Shown: in pieces, positions 23,601 through 29,890 of the stretch | How the letters are laid out: every line of letters starts with the position of its first letter | How positions within the stretch are numbered: the first letter of the stretch is position 1 | DNA from: Acidobacteriota bacterium | GTDB taxonomy: Bacteria > Acidobacteriota > Vicinamibacteria > Vicinamibacterales > 2-12-FULL-66-21 | Direction: 5' to 3' | DNA: 32,500 bases | Assembly: GCA_039933435.1 (NCBI GenBank) | Contig: JBDTOB010000002.1 | Span: 1-32,500 of the forward strand | Made by a program: the position numbers and the translations under genes | Notes under the pieces: generated by a model | Databases searched by the model: none | Told to the model about the DNA's origin: nothing | Seen by the model: only the letters and a program-made list of their open reading frames with translations

Positions 23601-26557
23601 ACGTGCCTCTGCCTCCGCCTGCCTGGCAGCGGCAGCGCTACTGGTTCAACGACGCGCCGGCGGCGGCAAGTGCCGGCCCGGCCTCCGGCGCCGTTCGCGA
23701 GCTCACCCTCGGCCGTCCGGCGTACTCGGCGCTGCACCCCGGCACGCTGACCTGGGATCTCCAGCTGTCCTCGAAGCGCCCGCGTTACGTGGTCGATCAT
23801 CAGGTGCGCGGGACGGTGGTCGTTCCCGCGACGCTGTATGCCGACGTCGCCCTCCAGGCTGCGGCGGCCGTCGAGCCCGGCGCCCATCCAGAGCTCGAGG
23901 AGTTCGAGTTCATCGAAATGCTGCCGCTCGATCGCGAGACGGAGACCACCTGCCAGGTGGCGCTGGTCGTCGCTGAGGAGCGCGCCCGCTTTCAGTTCTT
24001 CAGCCGCGACGCGGACGGAGCCTGGAAAGTCCACGCGCGCGGCACGATCGCGCTGCATCCGCCCGGCGTCGTCCCCGGCTTCGTCAGCGGCGAACGCCCC
24101 GCCGATATCGTGGCGCGCTGCCCCGAGGCGCTCGACGGGGCACGGCACTACGAGGCGCTGAGCACGAGGGGGCTGGAGTACGGCCCGGCGTTCCGGCTGC
24201 TCGACGCCGTCTGGCGCGGCGAGCGCGAGGCCATCGGGCAGCTCAAGCCGGGTCCGCGCCCGGCCGCGGGCGCCCGGCGGCTGCACCCGGCGGTGATGGA
24301 CGCGGGCATGCACGTCATCGCCGCGGCCGCCGCCGCGGAGGGCAGCGACACCTACGTGCCGGTCTCGATCGCCAGTGTCGTCGCCTACGGGACGGCCGAG
24401 GGTCCCCTCTGGAGCCATGCCAGGCTGACCGAGGCATCGGAGAGCGGCGCGCCTACACTGGTCGCGGACGTCACCTTCCTGGACGACGGCGGGCGTGTCG
24501 TCGTCGAGGCCCGCGGGATCAGGATGCGGCGGGTCGGCGCCAGCCGCCGGCCGCCCCAGGACGTCGCCGACTGGTTCTACGAACTGGAGTGGAAGCCACG
24601 CAGCGTCGCGCCGTTTGCCGCCCAGGAGGCCGACGTCCCGGTCGAGGCGCCCGGGCGCCCGTGGTTGATGTTCGCTGACGGCGGCGGCGTCGGCGAGATG
24701 CTCGCGTCACTGCTCGAGGCCCGTGGCGAACCGTGCGTTTTAGTGTTCGCCGGCGATGATCACGGTGCCCAGGCCCGCGGGCGCACGGTGCTGATCGATC
24801 CCGATGCCGCCGCCGTCGGCCGCCTCCTCGCCGACGCCGAGCATCGCGGCGCCGGCTATGGCGGCGTCATCCACCTGTGGTCGCTCGACTACGAGTCTCT
24901 CCAGCCGACGCTCGACGAGCTCCGCGCCGCGCAGCAGGTCATCTGTCAGAGCGCATGGCGGATCGTGCAGGCGCTGGCCGGCCTCGACCTGCCATCGCCG
25001 CCGCGGCTGTGGCTGGTCACGAGCGGGGCGATGTCGGTCGCAGGCCAGCAGGAGCCGGTGGCACTCGCGCAGGCGCCGCTGTGGGGCCTGGCGAACACCG
25101 CGGCGCACGAACACCCCGAGCTGCGGTGCACTCGAATCGATCTGAGCGACGCTGCGACGCGGGAAGAGATCGAGGCGCTGGTGACCGAGGTGCATGCCGC
25201 CGCGCCGGAAGACCGCGTCGCGCTCCGCGACGACATCCGCTATGTCGGACGGCTGGTGCCCGCGGCGCGGCCGCTGCGCATCCTCCGCTATGCCTCGCCA
25301 CGCCGCAAGGTGCTGGTCAACGGCAGGCCGGTGGCGCACCGCGCGGCCGCTCTGCAGGAACGCCGCTCGCAGGCGCGTCTCGATCCGGACGCCATCTACC
25401 TCGTGACCGGCGGCCTCGGCGGCCTCGGCCTGGCGGTCGCCCGCTGGCTCGAACGTCGCGGCGCCCGGCATCTGGCGCTGTCGGGCCGCAGCGCGCCTTC
25501 GCCGCAGGCTGAAGCGGTGCTGCAGGAGCTCCGGCGCGCCGGGACCCGGGTCACCGTCGTCAGCGCGGACATCGCCGACCGCGAACGCACCGCCGCGATG
25601 CTCGAGGCGCTCGATGCCGACGGACGGCCGCTTCGCGGGGTCATTCATGCGGCCGGAGTGCTCGACGACGGCCTGCTGCTGCACATGGACTGGGCGCGGT
25701 TCCAGACCACTCTGGGCCCGAAGCTCGACGGCGCCTGGAATCTCCACGAGCTGACCCTCGACCGGCCGCTTGATTTCTTCGTGCTGTTTTCCTCCGTCGC
25801 CTCGGTGCTGGGGTCGCCGGGACAGGCCAACTACGCGGCGGCGAACGCCTTCCTCGACGCCCTGGCCTACTACCGCCGCGCGCTCGGCCTGCCGGCGCTT
25901 TCGATCAACTGGGGTCCGTGGGAGGAAGTCGGCCTGGCGGCAACCCAGCCGGAGCGCGCCCGGCGCGAAGCCGAACGCGCCGGCCTGGTGCCGGAGCCCT
26001 CCGGGGAGCGGCCGCTGCTCGACCGGCTGGCGCTGCGGGGGCTGGACAGCTTCTCACCGGAGCAGGGCATCGAGATCCTCGAGCAGCTGATGCTGCGATC
26101 CGGGCCGCAGGTGGCGGTACTGCCCATCGACTGGCAGCAGTTCGCCGCCTTCTACCCGGGCTTCCGCACCGCACCGTCGTTTTCGCTCTTCCACGACGCC
26201 GGGCCGGCGGCGTCCGGACCGACGCCGGCGGATGCGGAGCCGGTGGCGCGGCCGGGGGCCTGGCTGCACGATCAGCCGCAGGAGCAGTGGCAGGCGCTCA
26301 TCGAAGACCGGCTGCATGAACAGGTGGCGCGGACGCTGGGCCTCTCCCCCGCCGCCGTCGACCGGCACCAGCCGCTGACCGCGCTCGGGCTCGATTCGCT
26401 GATGGCGGTGGAGCTCAAGAACTGGGCGGATGTGCACGTCGGCATCGTCGTGCCGGTGCGGCGGTTCCTCCGCGGGCCGAGCATTGCGCAGTTTGCCGCC
26501 GAACTGCGCGATGCCCTTCGCGATCGGGCCGGTGCCGCCAGCGGAGTGCGCGTCTGA
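18941..26557 (+). CDS. type I polyketide synthase, single module with loading didomain: FAAL-ACP-KS-AT-DH-KR-ACP (2538 aa)
   Basis: GTG start at 18941. Domain motifs are listed in the sub-features below. There is no ER, TE, R, C or sulfotransferase domain. The stop overlaps the next ATG (TGATG at 26555-26559). Confidence 0.95.
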   Translation: MTATHITFQDVFRERAALAPDKRAYTFLGDGEQVSATLTYRELDAQARVIAAALQQHGAGRGRALLLYPPGLDFVGAFMGCLYAGVTAIPAYPPHPTRLERTLPRLLSIVADAGPVAVLTTGKLLDGLARSRPLPAPLEALSWIGTDLPGSPGAPFREPGLGSDAVAFLQYTSGSTSDPKGVMVTHANLLHNETLIQRAFRHDASTVVVGWLPLYHDMGLIGNLLQPIFLGGSCIMMPPLAFLQQPIRWLRAVSAFRATTSGGPNFAYELCTRKVTEAQRATLDLGGWHIAFNGAEPVRAETLARFAEAFQPCGFRRSAFLPCYGLAEGTLYVSGDERRDLGAELRDVDARALGANLLAPAAAAADARSLVGCGQSPPEQEVVVVDPDTLHEAEDGRVGEIWVAGPSVAAGYWNRPEATAQTFGARLPDGRGPFLRTGDLGFLSDGQLFVTGRQKDLIVIRGQNYYPQDIELTAEDSHPAIMTAGAAAFSVEADDGEQLVVLVEVNRRYRAAGGGTLDLPDILRAIRLAVTDEHQLQPWAVLALDASSIPKTSSGKVRRHLCRRMFLEGGFEALAEWRFAETPADTPQTPRTVEAPAREAATPDVEAIRAWLIAELSGRLRVPASAIDIREPFASYGLDSKEAAILSGSLEVWLGRSLTPTLAYEYPTIEKLARHLAGDPAPLAVQSPDAARTPGDAVAIIGIGCRFPGADGPAAFWSLLRGGVDAITEVPPERWAIDELYDPDRTAAGRVTTRWGGFLRDVDQFDPQFFGIAPREAARMDPQQRVILEVAWSALEDAGQTRERTAGTRTGVFLGISTADYSRMQMADRDAIDAYVGTGSAFSVAANRLSYLMDWRGPSLAVDTACSSSLVALHLACDSLLSGESTLALAGGVNLILAPDVTINFSRAGVMSPDGRCKAFDAGANGYVRSEGAGIVVLKPLSRALADHDPIYAVVRGTAVGQDGRTNGLMAPSREAQEDVVRRAYQRAGILPGRADYVEAHGTGTLLGDPIEAAALGAVMAEGRAPGAPCAIGSVKTNIGHTEAAAGIAGVIKVALSLRHGQIPPSLHFQTANPHIPFDRLPLRVQSELSAWPERPTPHVAGVSSFGFGGANAHVVLEAAPASPEMAPAAAEVPSILPLSGHNAEALRGMAEAWRRHLASDTLEGIAHADVCAAAAHRCHHHDHRLAIVSRTRGELGERLDAYLAGEARPGMIAGRASARQHKVVFVFPGQGSQWHGMGRELYRHQPVFREALDRCDAAIEPIARFSVRQVLLDDADLAARGIDVVQPVLFAVEVALAALWRSFGVEPAAVVGHSMGEVAAAQVAGILSLDDAAAVICHRSLLLRSVGGRGAMALVELTREEAAAAIAGLEDRLAIAVSNSPRSTVLSGDPEALQQVTAALDARDVFCSPINVDVASHSPQMDPLCPPLRQALEGITPSAAAIPMLSTVAGGWLDGASAGAGYWVRNLREPVLFAGAVAELIDQGYDTFVEVSPHPVLLIPMEEALKSAGRGAMAVASCRRHDDWALLAGVAALHTTGHPIRWETLGGPPSGRHVPLPPPAWQRQRYWFNDAPAAASAGPASGAVRELTLGRPAYSALHPGTLTWDLQLSSKRPRYVVDHQVRGTVVVPATLYADVALQAAAAVEPGAHPELEEFEFIEMLPLDRETETTCQVALVVAEERARFQFFSRDADGAWKVHARGTIALHPPGVVPGFVSGERPADIVARCPEALDGARHYEALSTRGLEYGPAFRLLDAVWRGEREAIGQLKPGPRPAAGARRLHPAVMDAGMHVIAAAAAAEGSDTYVPVSIASVVAYGTAEGPLWSHARLTEASESGAPTLVADVTFLDDGGRVVVEARGIRMRRVGASRRPPQDVADWFYELEWKPRSVAPFAAQEADVPVEAPGRPWLMFADGGGVGEMLASLLEARGEPCVLVFAGDDHGAQARGRTVLIDPDAAAVGRLLADAEHRGAGYGGVIHLWSLDYESLQPTLDELRAAQQVICQSAWRIVQALAGLDLPSPPRLWLVTSGAMSVAGQQEPVALAQAPLWGLANTAAHEHPELRCTRIDLSDAATREEIEALVTEVHAAAPEDRVALRDDIRYVGRLVPAARPLRILRYASPRRKVLVNGRPVAHRAAALQERRSQARLDPDAIYLVTGGLGGLGLAVARWLERRGARHLALSGRSAPSPQAEAVLQELRRAGTRVTVVSADIADRERTAAMLEALDADGRPLRGVIHAAGVLDDGLLLHMDWARFQTTLGPKLDGAWNLHELTLDRPLDFFVLFSSVASVLGSPGQANYAAANAFLDALAYYRRALGLPALSINWGPWEEVGLAATQPERARREAERAGLVPEPSGERPLLDRLALRGLDSFSPEQGIEILEQLMLRSGPQVAVLPIDWQQFAAFYPGFRTAPSFSLFHDAGPAASGPTPADAEPVARPGAWLHDQPQEQWQALIEDRLHEQVARTLGLSPAAVDRHQPLTALGLDSLMAVELKNWADVHVGIVVPVRRFLRGPSIAQFAAELRDALRDRAGAASGVRV
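20750..20975 (+). other. PKS domain: ACP1 (loading carrier protein)
   Basis: FASYGLDSKEAAILSG. The phosphopantetheine Ser640 codon is at 20858-20860. Confidence 0.85.
21026..22294 (+). other. PKS domain: ketosynthase (elongating, Cys-His-His)
   Basis: VAIIGIGCRFPGA. DTACSSSL (Cys866 codon 21536-21538). EAHGTGT (His1001, 21941-21943). KTNIGHTE (His1041, 22061-22063). GGANAHVVLE. Confidence 0.95.
22610..23580 (+). other. PKS domain: acyltransferase
   Basis: VFVFPGQGSQW. IDVVQPVLFAVEVALAALW. GHSMGE (Ser1315 codon 22883-22885). VDVASHSPQM (His codon 23192-23194). Confidence 0.9.
23700..24540 (+). other. PKS domain: dehydratase
   Basis: HxxxGxxxxP motif in DHQVRGTVVVPAT (His1620 codon 23798-23800). 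A double-hotdog-sized region follows, with YGPAFRLL and HPAVMDAGMH. Domain borders are approximate. Confidence 0.85.
24570..25940 (+). other. PKS domain: ketoreductase (structural + catalytic subdomains), B-type
   Basis: YLVTGGLGGLG NADPH motif at about 25393. HAAGVLDDGLL with LDD at 25661-25669. SSVASVLGSPGQANYAAANAF with the catalytic Tyr2298 codon at 25832-25834. Confidence 0.9.
26290..26520 (+). other. PKS domain: ACP2
   Basis: LTALGLDSLMAVELKNW. Ser2486 codon at 26396-26398. Confidence 0.9.
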
Positions 26558-28374
26558 TGCTCAAGCAGACCCGCACACCGACGCGCCTCATCGACCCGGC
26601 GACCCGGGCCAAGGTCCCGATTGTCGTTCCCCTGCCGCCGTCCCGCTATCGCTCCTGGCAGGTCCTGGGAAACTTCCTCAGCCTCACGGCCGTGCTGCTG
26701 GCGCTGGCCGTGCGGCGCCGCCTCACCACCGAGGAGTCGGCGCGGCGGCTCCGCGAGCTGTTCGAGCGGATGGGCGGCCTGTGGATCAAAGCCGGCCAGC
26801 TGCTGTCGCTGCGCATCGACATCTTCCCGGTCGAAATCTGCCACGAGCTGTCCAAGCTGCAGAGCCGGGCCATCGGCTTTCCTGGCGAGATGGCCCGCCG
26901 CATCGTCGAGGAGGAGCTCGGCGGACCGATCGAAGACACTTTCGATGAATTCGGGGACGTGCCCTTCGCCGCGGCGTCGATCGGACAGGTGCACCGCGCC
27001 CATCTTCGCCACGAGGACGAATGGGTGGCGGTGAAGGTCCAGAAGCCCTACTCCTTCGAGACCTTCTCGCGCGACCTGGTGTTCATCGAATGGGTGGTGC
27101 GGGCGCTGCACCTGCTGCGCATCTATCCGCACATGCGCTGGGACGACGGGCTCTACGAGCTGCGCCAGATCATGCGCGAGGAGCTCGACTTCGACTTCGA
27201 GGCGTCGTCGATGCGGCGGATGCGCCGGACGCTGCGCAAGCACGACATCTACGTGCCGCGTGTGTTCGGCAAATACAGCACCGAGCGCGTCCTGGTCTCG
27301 GAGTTCATCCACGCGGTGCTGATGGCCGACTACATCAAGGTGGCGCTCAGCGAGCCGGCTCGCGTCGAGCAGTGGGTGCACGAGAACGGCATCGACTCGC
27401 GGCGGCTGGCCAAGCGGATGATCCACTCCCTCTTCAGGCAGCTGTTCGAGGACAACCTTTATCACGGCGACATGCACCCCGGGAACATCGTGCTGCTCAG
27501 GGACAACCGCGTCGCCCTCATCGACTTCGGGTCCACCAACTTTACCGAGCGCGAGTACCTGCAGAAGTTCCGGCTCTTTGCGCGGGCGCTGGCGACCCGC
27601 GACTACGCCAAGGCCGCGGACCTCTGCTTCATGCTGTGCGCGACGCTGCCGGCCATCGACATCGAACACGTCAAGGAAAAGCTGATCCGGACCATCCGCG
27701 CCTGGGCGACGCGGACGCTGGTCAAGCAGCTGCCGTATCACGAGAAATCGATCGACAACGCCACGATCGAGATCATGAAGGTGCTGCTCGGCTACAAGTG
27801 CACGATGGACTGGGGATGGCTGCGCATCCACCGCGCCATGTCGACGCTCGACGCGTCGCTGATTTACCTGTATCCCGACGTCAACTACACCAAGGTGGTG
27901 CAGCAGTACTTCGCCAAGGCGGATCGCCGGGACCTCGGGCAGATGCTCGGCCGCGGCATGATGATGCGCACGCTGGGAAGCGTCAAGACGTCGCTCGACA
28001 TCCAGGACCGCGTCAACGAGTACACCATGTTCCAGGGGTCGCTCATCCGCCGGCATGCCCAGGTCTTCCAGGGCGCGACCAACAAGTTTGCCGACGTCTT
28101 CGCCGGCCTCGTCGGCCTCCTCAGCGTCGCGGTGCTGGTGCCGGGCCTGGTGTTCGCGATGATCCTCAGCCAGCAGTTCTATCCGGACGCGACGCTGCAG
28201 GTGTTCGGAAGCCAGGTGGTGGCGCTGGCGAACAGGTTTCCGAAGTTCGAGCTGCGCGTCTGGGTGGTCATCATCGCGGTGAACTTCTATCTCTACTACA
28301 GCCTCAACAAGCTGAAGCGCCGGCTGCGCCAGAAGGATGTGCGGCAGCAGCACGAGCGCGTCGCCTCGGTATGA
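26557..28374 (+). CDS. ABC1/UbiB-family atypical protein kinase with C-terminal TM helices
   Basis: AAASIGQVHRA (Ala-rich loop). VAVKVQKP (Lys). YHGDMHPGNIVL (catalytic loop). LIDFGS (DFG). Two C-terminal hydrophobic helices (FAGLVGLLSVAVLVPGLVFAMIL, VWVVIIAVNFYLYYSL). The start overlaps the PKS stop (TGATG) and the stop overlaps the next start (ATGA). Confidence 0.9.
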   Translation: MLKQTRTPTRLIDPATRAKVPIVVPLPPSRYRSWQVLGNFLSLTAVLLALAVRRRLTTEESARRLRELFERMGGLWIKAGQLLSLRIDIFPVEICHELSKLQSRAIGFPGEMARRIVEEELGGPIEDTFDEFGDVPFAAASIGQVHRAHLRHEDEWVAVKVQKPYSFETFSRDLVFIEWVVRALHLLRIYPHMRWDDGLYELRQIMREELDFDFEASSMRRMRRTLRKHDIYVPRVFGKYSTERVLVSEFIHAVLMADYIKVALSEPARVEQWVHENGIDSRRLAKRMIHSLFRQLFEDNLYHGDMHPGNIVLLRDNRVALIDFGSTNFTEREYLQKFRLFARALATRDYAKAADLCFMLCATLPAIDIEHVKEKLIRTIRAWATRTLVKQLPYHEKSIDNATIEIMKVLLGYKCTMDWGWLRIHRAMSTLDASLIYLYPDVNYTKVVQQYFAKADRRDLGQMLGRGMMMRTLGSVKTSLDIQDRVNEYTMFQGSLIRRHAQVFQGATNKFADVFAGLVGLLSVAVLVPGLVFAMILSQQFYPDATLQVFGSQVVALANRFPKFELRVWVVIIAVNFYLYYSLNKLKRRLRQKDVRQQHERVASV

Positions 28375-29138
28375 CGCCCGTGCGGGGGGCGTGGGTCACA
28401 CACCCCTCTCCCAGATCCGCGCCGGCGCTGCGCCTGTTCACCTTTGCGCATTGCGGCGCGGGCACACGGCCGTTCCAGCTCTGGCCCGCGGGGCTGCCGG
28501 AGGCGGTTGAGGTCTGTCCGGTCCTGCTCCCGGGCCGCGAGGCACGCGCGGACGAGCCGCTGCTGACCACCATCCCGGAGATCGCCGACCGGGCGGCGCT
28601 GGCAATTGCCACCGAGCTCGACCTTCCCTGCGTGCTGTTCGGGCACAGCCTCGGAGCCTTGCTGGCGTTCGAAGTCGCGCGGCGGCTGGGCGAGACGGGG
28701 CGTCACGTCAGGCTGCTGGTGGTGTCGGCCTGCGCCGCCCCTGACGAGGCCGCGCCCGCGCTCCGGCCCGCCATCCATGATCTGGACGACGACGCCTTTC
28801 TCGAGGCCGTCGCTGGATTCGGGGCGCTGCCGGAGGAACTGCGGACGGACGGGGAGATGCGGGCGGCGATGCTGCCGGCGCTGCGCGCCGATTTCGCCGC
28901 CGTTGGGGGCTACGTGTTCACCGCGGGTGCCCGGCTCCCCGTCCCGATCACGGCGATCGGCGGGACCGAGGATGCGACGGTGTCGAGAGCCGCGCTGGAG
29001 GCGTGGCGCCGGCAGACGTCACGCCGCTTCTCGCTCAGCCTGCAGCCGGGCGGGCATTTCTACCCGGCCCGGTCACGGACGACGCTGCTGCGAATGCTGG
29101 CGCGAGAGATCCTCGCGGTCGATCCGAGCGCCGGCTAG
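28371..29138 (+). CDS. type II (discrete) thioesterase, alpha/beta hydrolase
   Basis: Start at ATG 28371, within ORF 27021-29138. LFTFAHCGAGTRPFQLW. GHSLGALLAFEVARRL nucleophile elbow. C-terminal ...GGHFY with the catalytic His. About 255 aa, as for GrsT/RifR-type editing thioesterases. Confidence 0.85.
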   Translation: MTPVRGAWVTHPSPRSAPALRLFTFAHCGAGTRPFQLWPAGLPEAVEVCPVLLPGREARADEPLLTTIPEIADRAALAIATELDLPCVLFGHSLGALLAFEVARRLGETGRHVRLLVVSACAAPDEAAPALRPAIHDLDDDAFLEAVAGFGALPEELRTDGEMRAAMLPALRADFAAVGGYVFTAGARLPVPITAIGGTEDATVSRAALEAWRRQTSRRFSLSLQPGGHFYPARSRTTLLRMLAREILAVDPSAG

Positions 29139-29455
29139 AAGGTGAGCCAGCGGTTGACGCGAAGGCGCTTCGCGCCTTTCCGCGAGGCCCGCGCCAGGTT
29201 GAGGTTCATGTCGCGCATCCACCCATCCCGCTTCTTGCGGTTGGAGCGGTTGTGGCGCGTGACGTAGACGTCCCCCGCCTCCGCCTGCGCGTCGGCGATG
29301 CGGCGGACGATCTGCTCCAGCGGCCGGAAAGCCTGGGTCTGCTTCCGTTTGCCCTTTTTGCCCTCGAACACGACGGTGGCGGTCGTCGCCCCGGCCGCGT
29401 CCCGTTCAATCACCGTCACCCGCCGTACGTTCTTGCCGAGTCGAAGCGCCTGCAT
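29135..29455 (-). CDS. small basic hypothetical protein (106 aa)
   Basis: I place the start at ATG 29455-29453, within ORF 29135-29650. GAGGGGG lies 5 nt upstream on the minus strand. MQALRLGKNVRRVTVIERDAAGATTATVVFEGKKGKRKQTQ...RHNRSNRKKRDGWMRDMN...NRWLTF. No motif that I recognise. G/C-rich third positions are consistent with coding. Confidence 0.55.
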   Translation of the reverse strand: MQALRLGKNVRRVTVIERDAAGATTATVVFEGKKGKRKQTQAFRPLEQIVRRIADAQAEAGDVYVTRHNRSNRKKRDGWMRDMNLNLARASRKGAKRLRVNRWLTF

Positions 29456-29535
29456 CGTGGCCCCCTCAGAACACCGAATGGCTGTTGAGGTGAGGAGTTT
29501 ACAACAGGCCGAAAAAAAAAGCATCAGGTTGGTGC

Positions 29536-29564
29536 TTGAACCGCGAGCCCTGCCCGGATAACAT
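29536..29564 (+). promoter_or_regulatory. sigma70-type promoter candidate for the 81-aa ORF
   Basis: TTGAAC (29536-29541), a 17-nt spacer, then TAACAT (29559-29564). AAGGAG (29604-29609) lies 7 nt before ATG 29617. Confidence 0.4.
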
Positions 29565-29616
29565 GCACCGCCAGCACCTGGCACATCCGTATCGCCACTT
29601 CCCAAGGAGCAGATGA

Positions 29617-29862
29617 ATGGCCGTCGAAGACAGCAGCAAACCCGCGGCAAAGTCGCCGATTATCGTGGATCTCGGCAAAAAGCGCCGGAAGTCCGTCAAG
29701 CGCCTGCGGCGCGGCACCGGGAAGCTGATGGATGAAGTCAACGCCACGCTGCAGGAACTGAAGAACGCCGGCACCGTCAGCGCCGCGGCGCAGCCGGTGA
29801 TTGTCGTCGTCCGCGAGCGCGCCCGCTCCGCACGGAACGTCTTTCCGTTTCCCGGCTTCTGA
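29617..29862 (+). CDS. small basic hypothetical protein (81 aa)
   Basis: Strong Shine-Dalgarno AAGGAG 7 nt upstream of the ATG. MAVEDSSKPAAKSPIIVDLGKKRRKSVKRLRRGTGKLMDEVNATLQELKNAG...VIVVVRERARS... No enzymatic motif. Confidence 0.6.
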   Translation: MAVEDSSKPAAKSPIIVDLGKKRRKSVKRLRRGTGKLMDEVNATLQELKNAGTVSAAAQPVIVVVRERARSARNVFPFPGF

Positions 29863-29890
29863 ACATCTCCGTGTCGTCTTCGCGCCTGGC

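Noticed and set aside
18923-24418. A giant 1831-aa minus-strand ORF antisense to the PKS gene.
   Set aside because: Its translation is an Arg/Gly/Ala/Pro/Asp-rich string with no recognisable motif. The plus-strand frame encodes a complete, ordered set of PKS active-site motifs. Long stop-free antisense frames are expected in DNA with G/C-saturated third codon positions.
29483-29507. An inverted repeat CTGTTG-N13-CAACAG in the small-ORF divergent region.
   Set aside because: The 6-bp arms have mismatched flanks. This is too weak to call as an operator or hairpin without comparative support.
29512-29537. A terminator-like element on the minus strand: stem AAGCA / TGCTT (29519-23 and 29533-37) with a 9-nt loop, followed by a T-run (complement of the A9 tract).
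   Set aside because: The stem is only 5 bp with three A-T pairs and a large loop. The nearest upstream minus-strand gene (the PPTase) ends about 350 nt away, with another gene in between. The A-run is more likely promoter-region AT-richness.
29579-29595. A sigma54-like TGGCAC at 29579-29584, upstream of the 81-aa ORF.
   Set aside because: The -12 element does not fit. A GC dinucleotide occurs 2 nt too far downstream (29594-29595) for the GG-N10-GC spacing, and no TTGC is present.
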